From Lytechinus pictus (lineage: Eukaryota), in NCBI RefSeq assembly GCF_037042905.1, contig NC_087263.1, positions 12,092,001 to 12,156,000 of the forward strand: DNA of 64,000 bases. Reading direction: 5' to 3'. The notes beneath the pieces are model-generated. The model did no database searches. It was not told the DNA's origin and worked only from the letters and a program-made list of their open reading frames with translations. Of this stretch, positions 24,419-36,500 are shown piece after piece. Position 1 is the first letter of the stretch. Every line of letters begins with the position of its first letter. Both the position numbers and the translations under genes were made by a program.

Positions 24419-25289
24419 AGAAGGAACATTGATATTTTTTTCATATGACATTCCTTTTATTAGACATCAAATACATATCAGCGAGTGGAAAGGTGCAACA
24501 AGAGTAAAATAGTGGCTAGTTTGACCTTCTCCTTGCATCAGACCTGATGAAGTCTACTGAATGTTAGCAACAAATTCTAGATATTCAAACCTTATTTTCA
24601 CTGAAAAGTGGTTACGCCTGATGAACTAGAATTGAAATTTGAAATAAAAACAATTTGCAACATTGCTTTGTTCAGTAAACTGGACATTGGTTTGAAATAA
24701 ATAATTGTACCCTTTCGTCCTTCTCTCTATCTTTCTCTTCTCTCTCACTTTCACACATTTTAACTAGCAATTTGTTCAGATATATGAATAATTGCCTAAT
24801 ACTGATGCTTGCTAATAACTTTTCACATTTTCCTTGACCAAATTTTTTATCATTCTATTATTTGTGATATAGATAATGTTCATTTTGTGAATGATGTATT
24901 GAGGCATCACCTTTTTGTTAACCCAAAATCATGAAAATGTTGTTTCTTTTCTGATTAATTCTCTGTATACTTTGAAATCAAACTGTTATTTACAATTATA
25001 TGGTTGTAATGTATTTATGATTGATTATATATTGTCCTACACATTTTATTAATGAGAAGGAAATAATTGTTAATAAAAAAATATTAGTTATCTCAAGGAG
25101 AGCATATAAATAAGCTTAAGTAATAACGAGGCGTTTTATAACTCCTATTATGGAATTTCTTGGCTTGAGATTTACAGGATTAGATAGATTTCAATGGATG
25201 AGGCTGACATTTGGCAATGTTATATGATTATTTCCTTTTCTTATAAAGATTTACTAAAAATTATATACCTTGCCATCATATTGTAGGAT

Positions 25290-25492
25290 TCTTGTTCTCC
25301 GTTTTCTTCTTCTCCTTGCTTGTTCTTCTTCTTCTTCATCTTCTTCTTTCCTTTTGCTTTTTCTCCTCCTCCTTCTTTTTCTTCTTCTTCTTCTTTTTTT
25401 CTCCTCCTTCTCCTTCTTCTTTTTCTTCTCCTCTTTTCTCTTCTTTATCTTCTTCTTTATTCTTCTCCTCCTTCTTCTTTGTGCTCTTCCTT
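25290..25492 (+). repeat. (CTT)n-rich low-complexity tract
   Basis: Direct reading. Confidence 0.9.
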
Positions 25493-26501
25493 ATGTGCAA
25501 TGTTGAGGGTTTGAGAGGCATAGATATATGAATGTTTATTTAAAATGTAAGACAAAAAGCTTAAAAGTTTTGCTAAGTGTAATTATTTTGTATGTTCACA
25601 TGAATTTCCAGATGTTTATCAATGGTAATCGTAGTAACAAAATGTCATAAAAATGCCAGCTCTTTTTCCTTTTTTTTAATTTTTATTTTCCCTTTTTCCC
25701 CCAGTACATATATATATATATATATACAAAAGTGACAAATGAAGTTAGCAGCTGTCAATGATAATTGCATACTCTTTTGTCATATAAGTGCCAATTACTG
25801 CCATTGTACTTTTTTATGACATTAATTTTCTAGGATATTTTCCCAAATTAAATGCCTAATTTTCTTCATCTATTTTGTATATTTTGATAGCTGTAAGTGA
25901 AATGCTGAATTTATATCTCCGATAAATTGCCAATACCTTTACCGACATAATAGTCTTTGTGTTTACAATTTTATTTTCATGTTTATAACTGAATTATAAG
26001 TCATCGTAATATATTTTAATTTTCAATTCTCGATTGAGGAGTCTGTATCTTCAATTTAAAGTTTTATCTGTATTCTATCAATACCCTACTTTTCCTCATA
26101 ATATGCTGTACATTTAAACCTTCCTAGTTAATGTTCATTGTTTTCGTCTCGATAAGGAGTCTGTCTCCTTAATTCAGAGCTTTATCTGTATTAAACTAGC
26201 CCACTTTTGATTATTATACAGTTGATTTAAAACATGGTATGCTGTTAAGCTGTTAGGTGCCTAGCTAATAACATACAACTAGATGTGCTTTATATGAATT
26301 ATATGTCAGGATACCTCTGACAACATTTAGATTTGTACTGGGGCCCATTACACAAAACTTAGCAAAATATATTTTTCTACAATCGATTGCATTGACCACG
26401 ATGTAACATCAATTGTGGAGATTATGAATATGATCAATTGTCAGGCTTTGTGTAACGGGGCACAAACTTGTATTTCTATTCATGAAGTGTTTATACTCCA
26501 T

Positions 26502-26824
26502 TATGGGCGGAAATCCCAGGGGGGACGTGTCCCCCCTACCAAAAATAGTAGGGGGGACACAATATCAAATGTCCCCCCTACTATTTTTGGTCTTTTATGA
26601 TGGAGAGAAATACATCACTTTACAATCGATATAATACATGTATTTTGGACTAAACGACCTTACATTTTTTGTGAAATCCTTTTTTTTTTTTTTTTTTTGC
26701 TTGTCAAATTTTGTTTGGGTTAAAAGGACCTTACATTTTTGGTGATAACTTTTTTTTTTTTTTTGCTTGTCAAATTTTCCAGGCCCTGGTCCCCCCTACC
26801 TTTTGGGACAGATTTCCGCCCATG
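26502..26824. mobile_element. hAT-type MITE with 8-bp TSD TACTCCAT
   Basis: TACTCCAT|TATGGGCGGAAATC...GATTTCCGCCCATG|TACTCCAT. Confidence 0.85.
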
Positions 26825-27522
26825 TACTCCATGTAGTAGATGAGTAAATGTAGTACTAGACGTTATATTTTCTTTGTATATTTCGCAATGCTTTTCCAAA
26901 TGTTATTATTGATAGCAGACATTATTAAATATATAGGCAATTTGTCTGCCGATTCAAGGTATATTGTGCTAGACATTGGAACCGTTCTAGAAAGAGTCAC
27001 AATCAAATGCAACTCTAAAAAATCGATCGCAACTTGATTTTTAGCCAATCAAAAGCCGCCATTTGGGGACTTGCGCTTGATTTTTTTTAGTTGCGACTCT
27101 TTGAGCAGCTGGCCCAAGGGAGAACACTTAACCTTGAATTTTTTTTTTAAGGTGGGCCTAGGATTTTTTTTAGTAGTTGGGCCAAGGATTTATAAATCCA
27201 TCCAGTGTCAGATATTTATACATCAAATTGATATTTGTACAGAAATGGATAATACATTTTTATAGAAATCTACTTAGAATACTTTGATTTCAAGGGCTTG
27301 TTTTTGTAGTCATTGATGGTGAGGATGGTAGTATTGATAAGGATGGTTGTGGTGATGACGATGGATAGCTGCGAATATGTAGGATTTCATCATATTACCT
27401 GGTAAGTATGATTTTTAAGGGGAAAGTGACAGTAAATAGGATTTTCCCCCTAGAAATAGGATATTTGTAACTTAACTGGATAAACAGAAATACAAAGAAT
27501 TTTTTTTCATAGTTATGGTTGG

Positions 27523-27746
27523 CAAGGAAGGAATGAAGTAAGAAAGAAGAAAGATAAAAAAAAAAGAAAGAAAGAAAAAGAAAGCAAGCAAGAAAAAGAA
27601 AGAAAGAAAAAGAAAGAAAGAAAGAAAAGAAAGAAAGAGAAAGAAATTAAGAAACAAACAAAGAAATGGAAAGGAAGAAAAAGAAGAAATCGGAAGGAAG
27701 AAGGGAAGGAATTAAGGGGAAAAGGAGAAGAAAGAAAGAAAAGAAA
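27523..27746 (+). repeat. (GAAA)n-rich purine tract
   Basis: Direct reading. Confidence 0.9.
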
Positions 27747-28062
27747 CGTAACGACGAGCTCGTTTTTTAGTGTCATATTTCTTTTGTATAATAAATTAGT
27801 AAAATAATACTGATTTATAAAAGTGCTAGATATACTTATTTTAAGTGTAATGATATAATATTTTGCTTATTGCTTTGACTTAATTCTTTTGACCAAATAC
27901 TGTTCTTTCCTGCTCGCCTGAATTTGTTGGAATTTAAAAAAATAAAATGAAAAAAAAGTAAGAGTTCATTTTATAGGTCTCCCGTCAGCATTATAGGTCT
28001 ACTTCATTTATTTATTTCTCCCCCCCCCCCGCCCCCTCTTTCGTTCTCTTTTTTTTTTCTTT

Positions 28063-28768
28063 CTTTCTCTCCCCCTCTCTCTCTCGATCTCTGCCTTTCT
28101 TTCTTATTTTATTCTTTCCCATAATTCCTTCCTTCCGTACTTTCTTTCCGCCTTTCCTTCTTTCCTTCCTCCCTTCCTTCCCCCTACCCAATTGGTCTAC
28201 CGTTTCACAAAGCGCGCGCCCTTCTTCACCGTCTTTAGCTTTCTCTCCCCCTCTCTCTCTCGATCTCTGCCTTTCTTTCTTATTTCATTCTTTCCCTTAA
28301 TTCCTTCCTTCCGTACTTTCTTTCCGCCTTTCCTTCTTTCCTTCCTCCCTTCCTTCCCCCTACCCAATTGGTCTACCGTTTCACAAAGCGCGCGCCCTTC
28401 TTTACCGTCTTTAGCTTTCTCTCCCCCTCTCTCTCTCGATCTCTGCCTTTCTTTCTTATTTTATTCTTTCCCTTAATTCCTTCCTTCCGTACTTTCTTTC
28501 CGCCTTTCCTTCTTTCCTTCCTCCCTTCCTTCCCCCTACCCAATTGGTCTACCGTTTCACAAAGCGCGCGCCCTTCTTTACCGTCTTTAGCTTTCTCTCC
28601 CCCTCTCTCTCTCGATCTCTGCCTTTCTTTCTTATTTTATTCTTTCCCTTAATTCCTTCCTTCCGTACTTTCTTTCCGCCTTTCCTTCTTTCCTTCCTCC
28701 CTTCCTTCCCCCTACCCAATTGGTCTACCGTTTCACAAAGCGCGCGCCCTTCTTTACCGTCTTTAGCT
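28063..28768 (+). repeat. 176-bp minisatellite (about 4 units), pyrimidine-rich
   Basis: CCAATTGGTCTACCGTTTCACAAAGCGCGCGCCC recurs at 28188, 28364, 28540 and 28716. Confidence 0.95.
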
Positions 28769-28959
28769 AGGCTCTATTCATATTACACCTGATTCATTGA
28801 CTGCAAACAGGAACTGAAAAGGTCCATTTGATTGTCATGAGGGAAAAAAGAACTCATCTTATTTCAATACTACGCCACGCCTCTCGTCCAATTCATTCAC
28901 AACTTGTTTTGGTCCCAAGGTATTATTTTGGATGAGGCACAGTTTATTGTATTGAACGA

Positions 28960-29154
28960 GTGGCTCAGTGGAGGTAATAGTGGAGCAGCGAAAAAGAGGC
29001 GGGCTACGTTTGTGTTCATTATGCCGCGCCAAAATTGAACCGAAAATCGTAGCGTTAATTTGCTCGCGATCGCTCAATCGCGGATATCGAACTTTACATC
29101 GCCCCGACGAGTGCACCAGGAGAAAAGAGAGATATAAATGCCTTAAAATAACAG
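28960..29154 (+). promoter_or_regulatory. Probable E2F7/8 promoter and non-coding first exon (donor CAG|GTAATG at 29154/5)
   Basis: Local CpG enrichment, canonical E2F site CGCGCCAAAA (TTTTGGCGCG on the minus strand) at 29025-29034, a good donor site, and a downstream acceptor at 32583 upstream of the ATG. The TSS cannot be determined. Confidence 0.6.
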
Positions 29155-30776
29155 GTAATGTGTGCTTGATTTATTTTGACATTTAACTAACATTCTAAGG
29201 AATATTCCGGGAAATCGGTAACGTTTTTGGGGTGAGGGTTGTTGACAATTTAGTTGAAAATCTGAATGGGAAGTGAGTGGGGGTGAGTGGATTTTCATGG
29301 CTGTCGTCGATGTGCAAACTGCGTGTTCAGAAATAAGAATGTTGTTTGTGTGACTGCATTGAGTTTGAGTTTGGAAACTTAATTTCGCTCTTGTAAATTT
29401 GTGATATATACTAAATGAACATTTGTCTTAATGAATGTTTAAGTCGCATCTATAACCTGATTGGAAATAAAATACACCGTTCCGTACATTGTTGAGATCG
29501 AAACTTAACAGTTTGATAAATTACAGGCAAGCGACTTCCGTTCAGCAATGAGCAAAGAAAAATGGCGCGCCACAATCATGATTTTAGTTTCTTCTTTCAA
29601 ACTCATCGATAATTTCATTTGTTGGAAGTCAAAACCTTCTAGATCTCAAGGTCAAGAATAATGCACAATCATCACACGTCTAGATCTATATTTTCTTTGC
29701 TTGAAAGCCTGATGCAAAATTGAAGATGGATTTGCCGTTTGTCTGGCGCGCGCTTTCTGAACGGCTGACCCGCTAGCAAGCTGTGATTCAACAACGGCAG
29801 CGTAGGGCAGTGCTCGAGTCAACGCACCGGCCCCCCTTGGGCTTGCTCAGTCAGGACCATGTCAAGTCAAGTGTGTTGTTCGTGGCATTCCCCTGACTGA
29901 GCTGATGCAGCCTGGCTGAATAAGCCAGATGAAACTTCGAAATCCCCTTTTTTTTCACCAGGTACCATGATCAGACTCAGAGACTCTTCTGTCTTTGTTG
30001 TGTTGAGTTGGCAACTGGCACTGCTTTGTCCGGCTTTATTGAGTTTGACTTTGATTTGAAGCCTTCTAACTTAATCTTACTGAATTAAAAAGTCAAAAGG
30101 GGCCTAACAAAAGTTAAGGTTAATAGTAATAAGGCTAAGCTTTCGATCCTAGCAGAATCTTCGTTGGAGGCAAAATGACCTTACTGAATGTGAGGATGGA
30201 AACCTCTTCCCCTTCATCCTTTTTTTTCCTTCTCATTTTTTTCCCCCATTTTTTCTCCTTTTGTTTTTTCTGTTAATTTTTTTTCCTCTGTCTTATTTTC
30301 TTTTCCCTCTTCTCTTTTTTCCCCTTTCTCCCCATGGAGATAGTCTTTAATCTTTATGTTAAAATTTGTTGCATTTTTTTGGGGGGGGTTGAACTTGAGC
30401 CTGAGGATTGAGGGTGGGGTCTGATTAACATTAGATGACAGGGTCTGGATTTGTGTGGCTGACTGAGAATTGGGTCGGGGAAGCAGGAGGTCATTAAAAA
30501 TAGCATGTTTGCATGACTGGATTCTGGAACGAACAGTTCAACAAATGTCTTCTCTTTTTTTTTTTGTTATCAAGTCCAAGCTCAATTCAATTTTTAATGC
30601 AGAATTTCAAGATGTTAACAATACTAATAGGGTGTCTGGAGAAAACTGCTAATTTCCTTATAATTTAGAAAAAAAATACCACATTTTAAAATTGATCGAG
30701 GTAGGATCTACATCTTTTTAAAGAAACTGTATTAAAGTTTTGTGCGGAACTTGATTTTTCCAAATCAAACGTAACC

Positions 30777-31343
30777 TTAAACTAAAGTCCACCCCAACAA
30801 GAAGTTGATTTTTTAAAAAAATCCAGCAAGCATGAAATTTCATCACAATCGGATTTGAAAAAATAAGAAAGTTATGACATTTTTAATTTTCATTAATTTC
30901 ATAAAACATTTATTATATGCACATCCTGTTTGGTATGCAAATGAGGAGACAGATGATGTCATCTACTCACTATTGCATAAAATATTCTAACTTTCTCATT
31001 GTCAACAATGATTAATTCTTCCCTGAACATGTGGAATTAGCATTGTTTTATAGTATGGTTCAGCCAGGTTGGTCCTTATTGTCAAATCTGTAAAAAGTGA
31101 AATATTTTATAATTCAAACAATAAAAAACAAAAGAAATAGTGAGTGAGGGATATCGTCGTCTGTCTCATTTGCATGTCACTGAGTTGTGCATATGACTGT
31201 TTTGTGAAAAATAAGCAAAACTTTTAAAATGTAATAACTTTCTTATTTTACATCCGACGTTGATGAAATTTTCAATGAAATGCTAGTTTGATTTTTCTCC
31301 ATCTATTCAAATCAACAGTTTTTGGAGTGGACATGACCTTTAA
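30777..31343. mobile_element. MITE family A copy (in E2F7/8 intron 1)
   Basis: Collinear with 1557-2140 (AAGTCCACCCCAACAA...GTGGACATGACCTTTAA). Confidence 0.8.
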
Positions 31344-31856
31344 GTTTTATAAAATGTCAGGAGAAATTACATATTTTGCACTTCATATTCCAGCCACCCC
31401 TTTTACACATTAAACTTTATTTCATAGTCTCGAGTCATTACGAAAAATTGCCTTGTACTACATAAACCACCTCACCTGTTGATAATAAGCACCCTGAAAT
31501 TGCAGTAGCCAGACAAGACGTATGTAAATTTAATTTTGCCTTGATCAATCAGATTTTTTTGTGGACCCAAGAAATTTGCGTTTATGCCTTTAATTTTTTT
31601 TTTCAGTATAAAAACAAAAGAATATTATATTGATTTTAGTTAATTTTGTGAAAAAAATGTGCAGCTACTGTATTCCCAGTGCCCACTGATCATAACAGTT
31701 TCGGGTGACTTCATGCTGATGGTTGAGTTTAAAGGATTGTCCTTAGACATGACATTAGAATTTAGGTGAACCTCTGTAAATCACGCTTGCCAAAGGTGAA
31801 TTATTTTGCCTGTATTGTGAGAAAGTATGTTGCTTTTGTGAGTGAGTACTAGTATA

Positions 31857-32328
31857 CAAATAATGAATGTTTAAGAGTGCAATGGACAGAATACTTCATG
31901 AGGTGAAAGATGAAATGATCCATTCAACGAGGCGTAGCCGAGTTGAATGGATCATTATTTCATCTTTCACCGAATGAAGTATTCTGTCCATTGCACGAAT
32001 GAAAAAATATTCATTATTTGGTTTATATGACACCTAAAAATTTATATTTTTTTCATATGAAATTAATGAATTTCGATGCAAAACACGCTAATGCAGTGCG
32101 AGTTCGGTCTGTTGATTGTTACATCATTGCAACATGCGCACTTTTGGTGCCTGCAGCTGCAGCGCAGTCTATGTGCGCGAGTGCAATGGACAAAATCGTA
32201 TGGATCTAAAATTGCACGATGAATGGATCCAAAATTGCACGGTTGATGACGTCATTGTAAAATGGACTGAATGATCGATATCAAACAACCAATCAAATCA
32301 CGAGGATCTATCTAGGTGTCATATAAAC
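31857..32328. mobile_element. Hairpin-bearing non-autonomous element (possibly Crypton-type)
   Basis: About 160-nt hairpin centred on CGAGGCGTAGCCGAG, followed by a 16-bp perfect IR GTTTATATGACACCTA (32021) / TAGGTGTCATATAAAC (32313). The class assignment is from recollection only. Confidence 0.5.
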
Positions 32329-32616
32329 AGAATTAATTCCTTGAATGCCCCGCGTTGGAAATGGTTGCTCAAACAAACAGCAGGGTACTAGACGACTAGT
32401 AAAAATACTATAACTACCCGCCTCTATTCCAAATATATTTTGTTGGCGATAGATGGCGGTATAAATGCCTGTTATCATTACTATTGACCATCATTGTAAC
32501 AATGATTAATTGAGTTTGTAAACAAAAACAGTTTATTCAGAGTTTTCAGACTAAGATTTTAATACACTTCCGTTCTTTTGCAGAAGTCAAATACAGTTCT
32601 GGTGATTAATTAAGTC

Positions 32617-33518
32617 ATGGCCGAGTTAGCTTCCAGTATGGCAGGCATGCTGTTACCCAATCACTTTCAGCCGCTGGACCACGATAGCGAGAGTGATAAT
32701 GAATCCATTGAGTATGGCAGCAGTGTGCAGATCCCTTTCTCATCCATGTCGGAGACCAGCGACACAAGCTCTAGACCGGAGATCAAGTCAAGTAGTCCTA
32801 ATGTCACTGTGGAATACCTTCCACACTTGGATCTCAAAGACAGGACAGAAGATAGCTGGAGTCGAATGGATTCCTCAAATCTTACAAACGACTCAGGCTT
32901 CACCCCAAATTCTTCAGGATTCAGTGCAGACCTCAGCTCCAGTGGTGGGTTCTCTTCATCCTGTGACCTTAGTTTCAACTCAAAGAACTCTTCCTTAAAT
33001 TGCAGGGAGTCTTTCAGAACTCAGCAGCTTGGCACTTTTAGCTTTAATGAGCAGGCGGGGTCTGGGCAACCTGTCACCCCAACAAAATTGGCAGATACCA
33101 ATGAGGTTCTGAATGATGACCCCTTGACCCCGACGGCAAACCTCAAGATGCTGTTGAGTGCAATGAGTCCTGAAATTAGAAACATGGAGAACAAGAAGAA
33201 GAAAGCGAGGTTATTTGACGCAATGGTAGAAGCAGCATCGCAAGGAACAATATTGCCTAGTGCCCAAGGAACAATGTCTTGTACAGACCTCGGAACAGAG
33301 TCTTCAAGCCCCCTTGAAGCAATGTCTACAAGCACTCTAGGAACAGTATCACCTTGTAACCAAGAGGCAGTGATGACCTCCATAGAAGACGTGTCCATTC
33401 TTAACACCTCATCGGGTCATGATTCATCGTTCCTCTTATCACCTACGGATGAACACGGAACAGATGAAGGAGAGAAAAACAACAGGAAATCCAAGTCCCT
33501 TGGATTACTTTGTCAAAA
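32617..33518 (+). CDS. E2F7/8: E2F7/8 first coding exon (exon starts at 32584; ATG at 32617)
   Basis: TTTTGCAG acceptor, GTCATGG Kozak-like start, TPTANLKML motif, start of DBD1, AA|GTAAGT donor. Confidence 0.92.
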
Positions 33519-36500
33519 GTAAGTGCCTCAGTGATCTCTGGTCATTTGCTTTTTTTTAACGAAACTTTGGGTGTTTCCTCAAAATGGAATAGTTAAAAAT
33601 TGCAACGGAATCATATTTGCCTGAGGACAATATGGTTCTTTTGATTTTTAGGGCAATATATTTTATGTTCCTCGAAAGGGAGCCAGTCAATAATTTTGTT
33701 AGAATCTAAATCAGACATCTAGAGCATAATCATGAAAATTGAGAAATTATACTCTAAGAAGAGGGTTCTGTCGTGTCATGTTTAGAAGCTCTGGGCTTTT
33801 AAAATACCATTGTGACATTATAAAGTTGCGTCCCTTGGGATGCATATACAGCATTGTCTTATTTTCGTATATTGGTGCTGCACGGATCAATATGACACGT
33901 ATGCTTTGCTCGTCCTAAGATGCTCGAATGCGAGACTGGAAAATACAATTTACAATGGTATGTTTTGCTACGTAGAGTAAAAAACAAATCGCTATTCGTT
34001 AATCGTTACCAATATTCATGAAGACTTGGCCAATACAGTTTTGTAAAGGATCAGCTCAGACGTCTGATACATGTAATGATAAATAGTATTGAACAACATT
34101 CTAATTCTATCACTTTTTAAATATTTTATTCAGAATACTTGCCAGACTGCATTTGCAAAGTTACATGTTCGGCATTCTCTTGTAGGTGTGCTGTTTTTTG
34201 GGGTTTTTTTTTGTGTTTGCTTGACGTTCATGTTTACTCTTTTTCTTCTTAGATTCTTGACCAAATATCCAGACTACCCTCCAGATGGCAAAGCCATGGA
34301 TATCTCATTAGACCAGATCTCAAAAGATTTGAGTAAGTGATGAGTTCATATTCTGTACTATACTACTAATCAAAACTGTTGTGCCAACCTAACCACATGT
34401 ACATGTAGCTCCCTTATATCTCTGTAAACCAATCAGTGTTGGTATCAACACTCAGGGCCATTTACACATTTGCAATAACAGTTAAAAGCTACTGAAATCA
34501 TTCAAATTGATTGGCTTATTGTAAACTTGTTACAGAAATTTTGCTTTTGTAATTATAAAAAATCTTTATGAAACGGGACCCTGCTATCAACATTAATGTC
34601 ACTATAAAACAGAGGGTTTTGTTGCCGACATATCGAGAGTGTACCTCCCACGATGTAGTGTACATGTACATGTTTTGTCATGTTGACATAATATATGTCC
34701 TGAATTCTTTTGTAACGATATGCTTACATTGAATTTGTCTTCTGATACCTGCATTAGAATCATGTGTATGATCTCTAAGAGTCAAAGTACTGCTGACTGT
34801 ACTAGTGTACTTTCAGGCTTTATGATGAGGTACAATTACGATCACCTTTGACAAATTTTGTTTTAATATGTTTTTTTTTTCAAAGAAAGTGTGATATGTT
34901 CTTGAGTGCTCATTTATTACAAATATATATATATAGCACTAAAACCATTTGTTTATTGCACTGCAAGAGTTTCCAAGATGCTGTATAAACTTAAAGAGGT
35001 TTTTAAATTTTAGTTTGAAATTGACTGATGCCTATTATGTCAAGGGGAAGTTTGTTCCATAGTTGTGGGCTGATGTAAGAAATGACCTACAAAGAAATGA
35101 CCTACATGTATCTCCTGGTGTTCCTTTAATCCTGTATTAGGGGTACTGGCAGTGTGAATGTGTCTTGGGTGCTATGAAGGTGACGGGCATGAGATTGGGA
35201 TAAGAATTCTGAGATATAACTTAAGACCTATTTATTGGCTGTATTTTGTTTTTCTTCAGATGTTGAGAGGCGGAGGATCTATGACATTGTGAACGTCCTT
35301 GAGAGCGTTGAGATGGTAAGCCGGAGAGCGAAGAACCGTTACCTGTGGCACGGGAGGACGCATCTCGACCAAACACTAGCAAAACTAAAGGTACTATTAA
35401 AATGCAAACTTGTTTCTGATAATGAATGTACATGTAGCATTAGTAGTAGAAGTAGTGGTACTGTATGAGAAGAGTAGTAGTGATATTAGTAGTAGTAGTA
35501 GTAGTAGCAGCAGTAGTAGATGAAGAAGTAGTATTAGTAGTAATTGTTGCAGTAGTAGTATTAGTAGTAGTCATCTATCGATTTGGGGTATGCTGTGAGC
35601 TCTATGTTTCGGTGAGGCGTGAATATGCATCTATTGTGTAGCAGTGGGTGTAATTAGACACATGGCCAAGGGCAAAGGTCATTTAGGGTCAATGAACTGG
35701 CCATGTTGGGGGTAATTGTTGTATTGCCATCATAACTTTGAAAGTTCATGGATTTAATTCATGAAACCTGGCCATAAGAGTAATCAAGTATCATTGAACA
35801 TCTTGCATGAGTTTCAGGAGGCATGATCAAGATGATAGGTCATTATTAAAGGGTTAATGAATATCATATGAATATGAACATTGTTTTTTGTGTGAATAAT
35901 GATTCAGTAGTTGTTTTTAAAGTCAGCACTGCTGCTATATTGAATCACGTAATGCAGGCGAGGCTGCCAGAGGCTTTCCACTTGTTTTCTTTATACCCCT
36001 ATGTAATTTTTTTCCCTGATGAATATAGACCAATGCTCATTTAATTTATTCCTGATTGTATTTATAGTGTCTTGGACAGAGACAGAAGTTTGCTGAGCAG
36101 CTGGCACTTCTTCACAGTAGGTTAGAAGACGGGAGTCTCTCGATGGACGACACCAAATCACCGGTATACGGACCGGACAGGATGACGATGAGTGACGTTG
36201 CTAAGCAACCCCTCCAGGATATCGGCAATCTCCTGAAATCCCCGGTTGAGACGGAGATGAGGAAAGACGGGAGAGAGCACTGGGAAGATGGTAAGATTTT
36301 GCTATAAAAAAAAAGTGGGAGTCGACTCGCTGTTGGGTCTAGGTTCACAGGACACAAGCTTGTCAAAGCACCATTAACAACAACACTATTAGGATTAATG
36401 AAAGTGGATAAATGAAAGAGATATATGTTGATGTAGATTTGGTGACAATTATCATTCCTTGTTACCGTGATTATCAGGATACAGACCAATGGAGGCATGT

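Noticed and set aside
28192..28792. Three near-identical 82-94 aa ORFs
   Set aside because: Artefacts of the 176-bp pyrimidine-rich tandem repeat.
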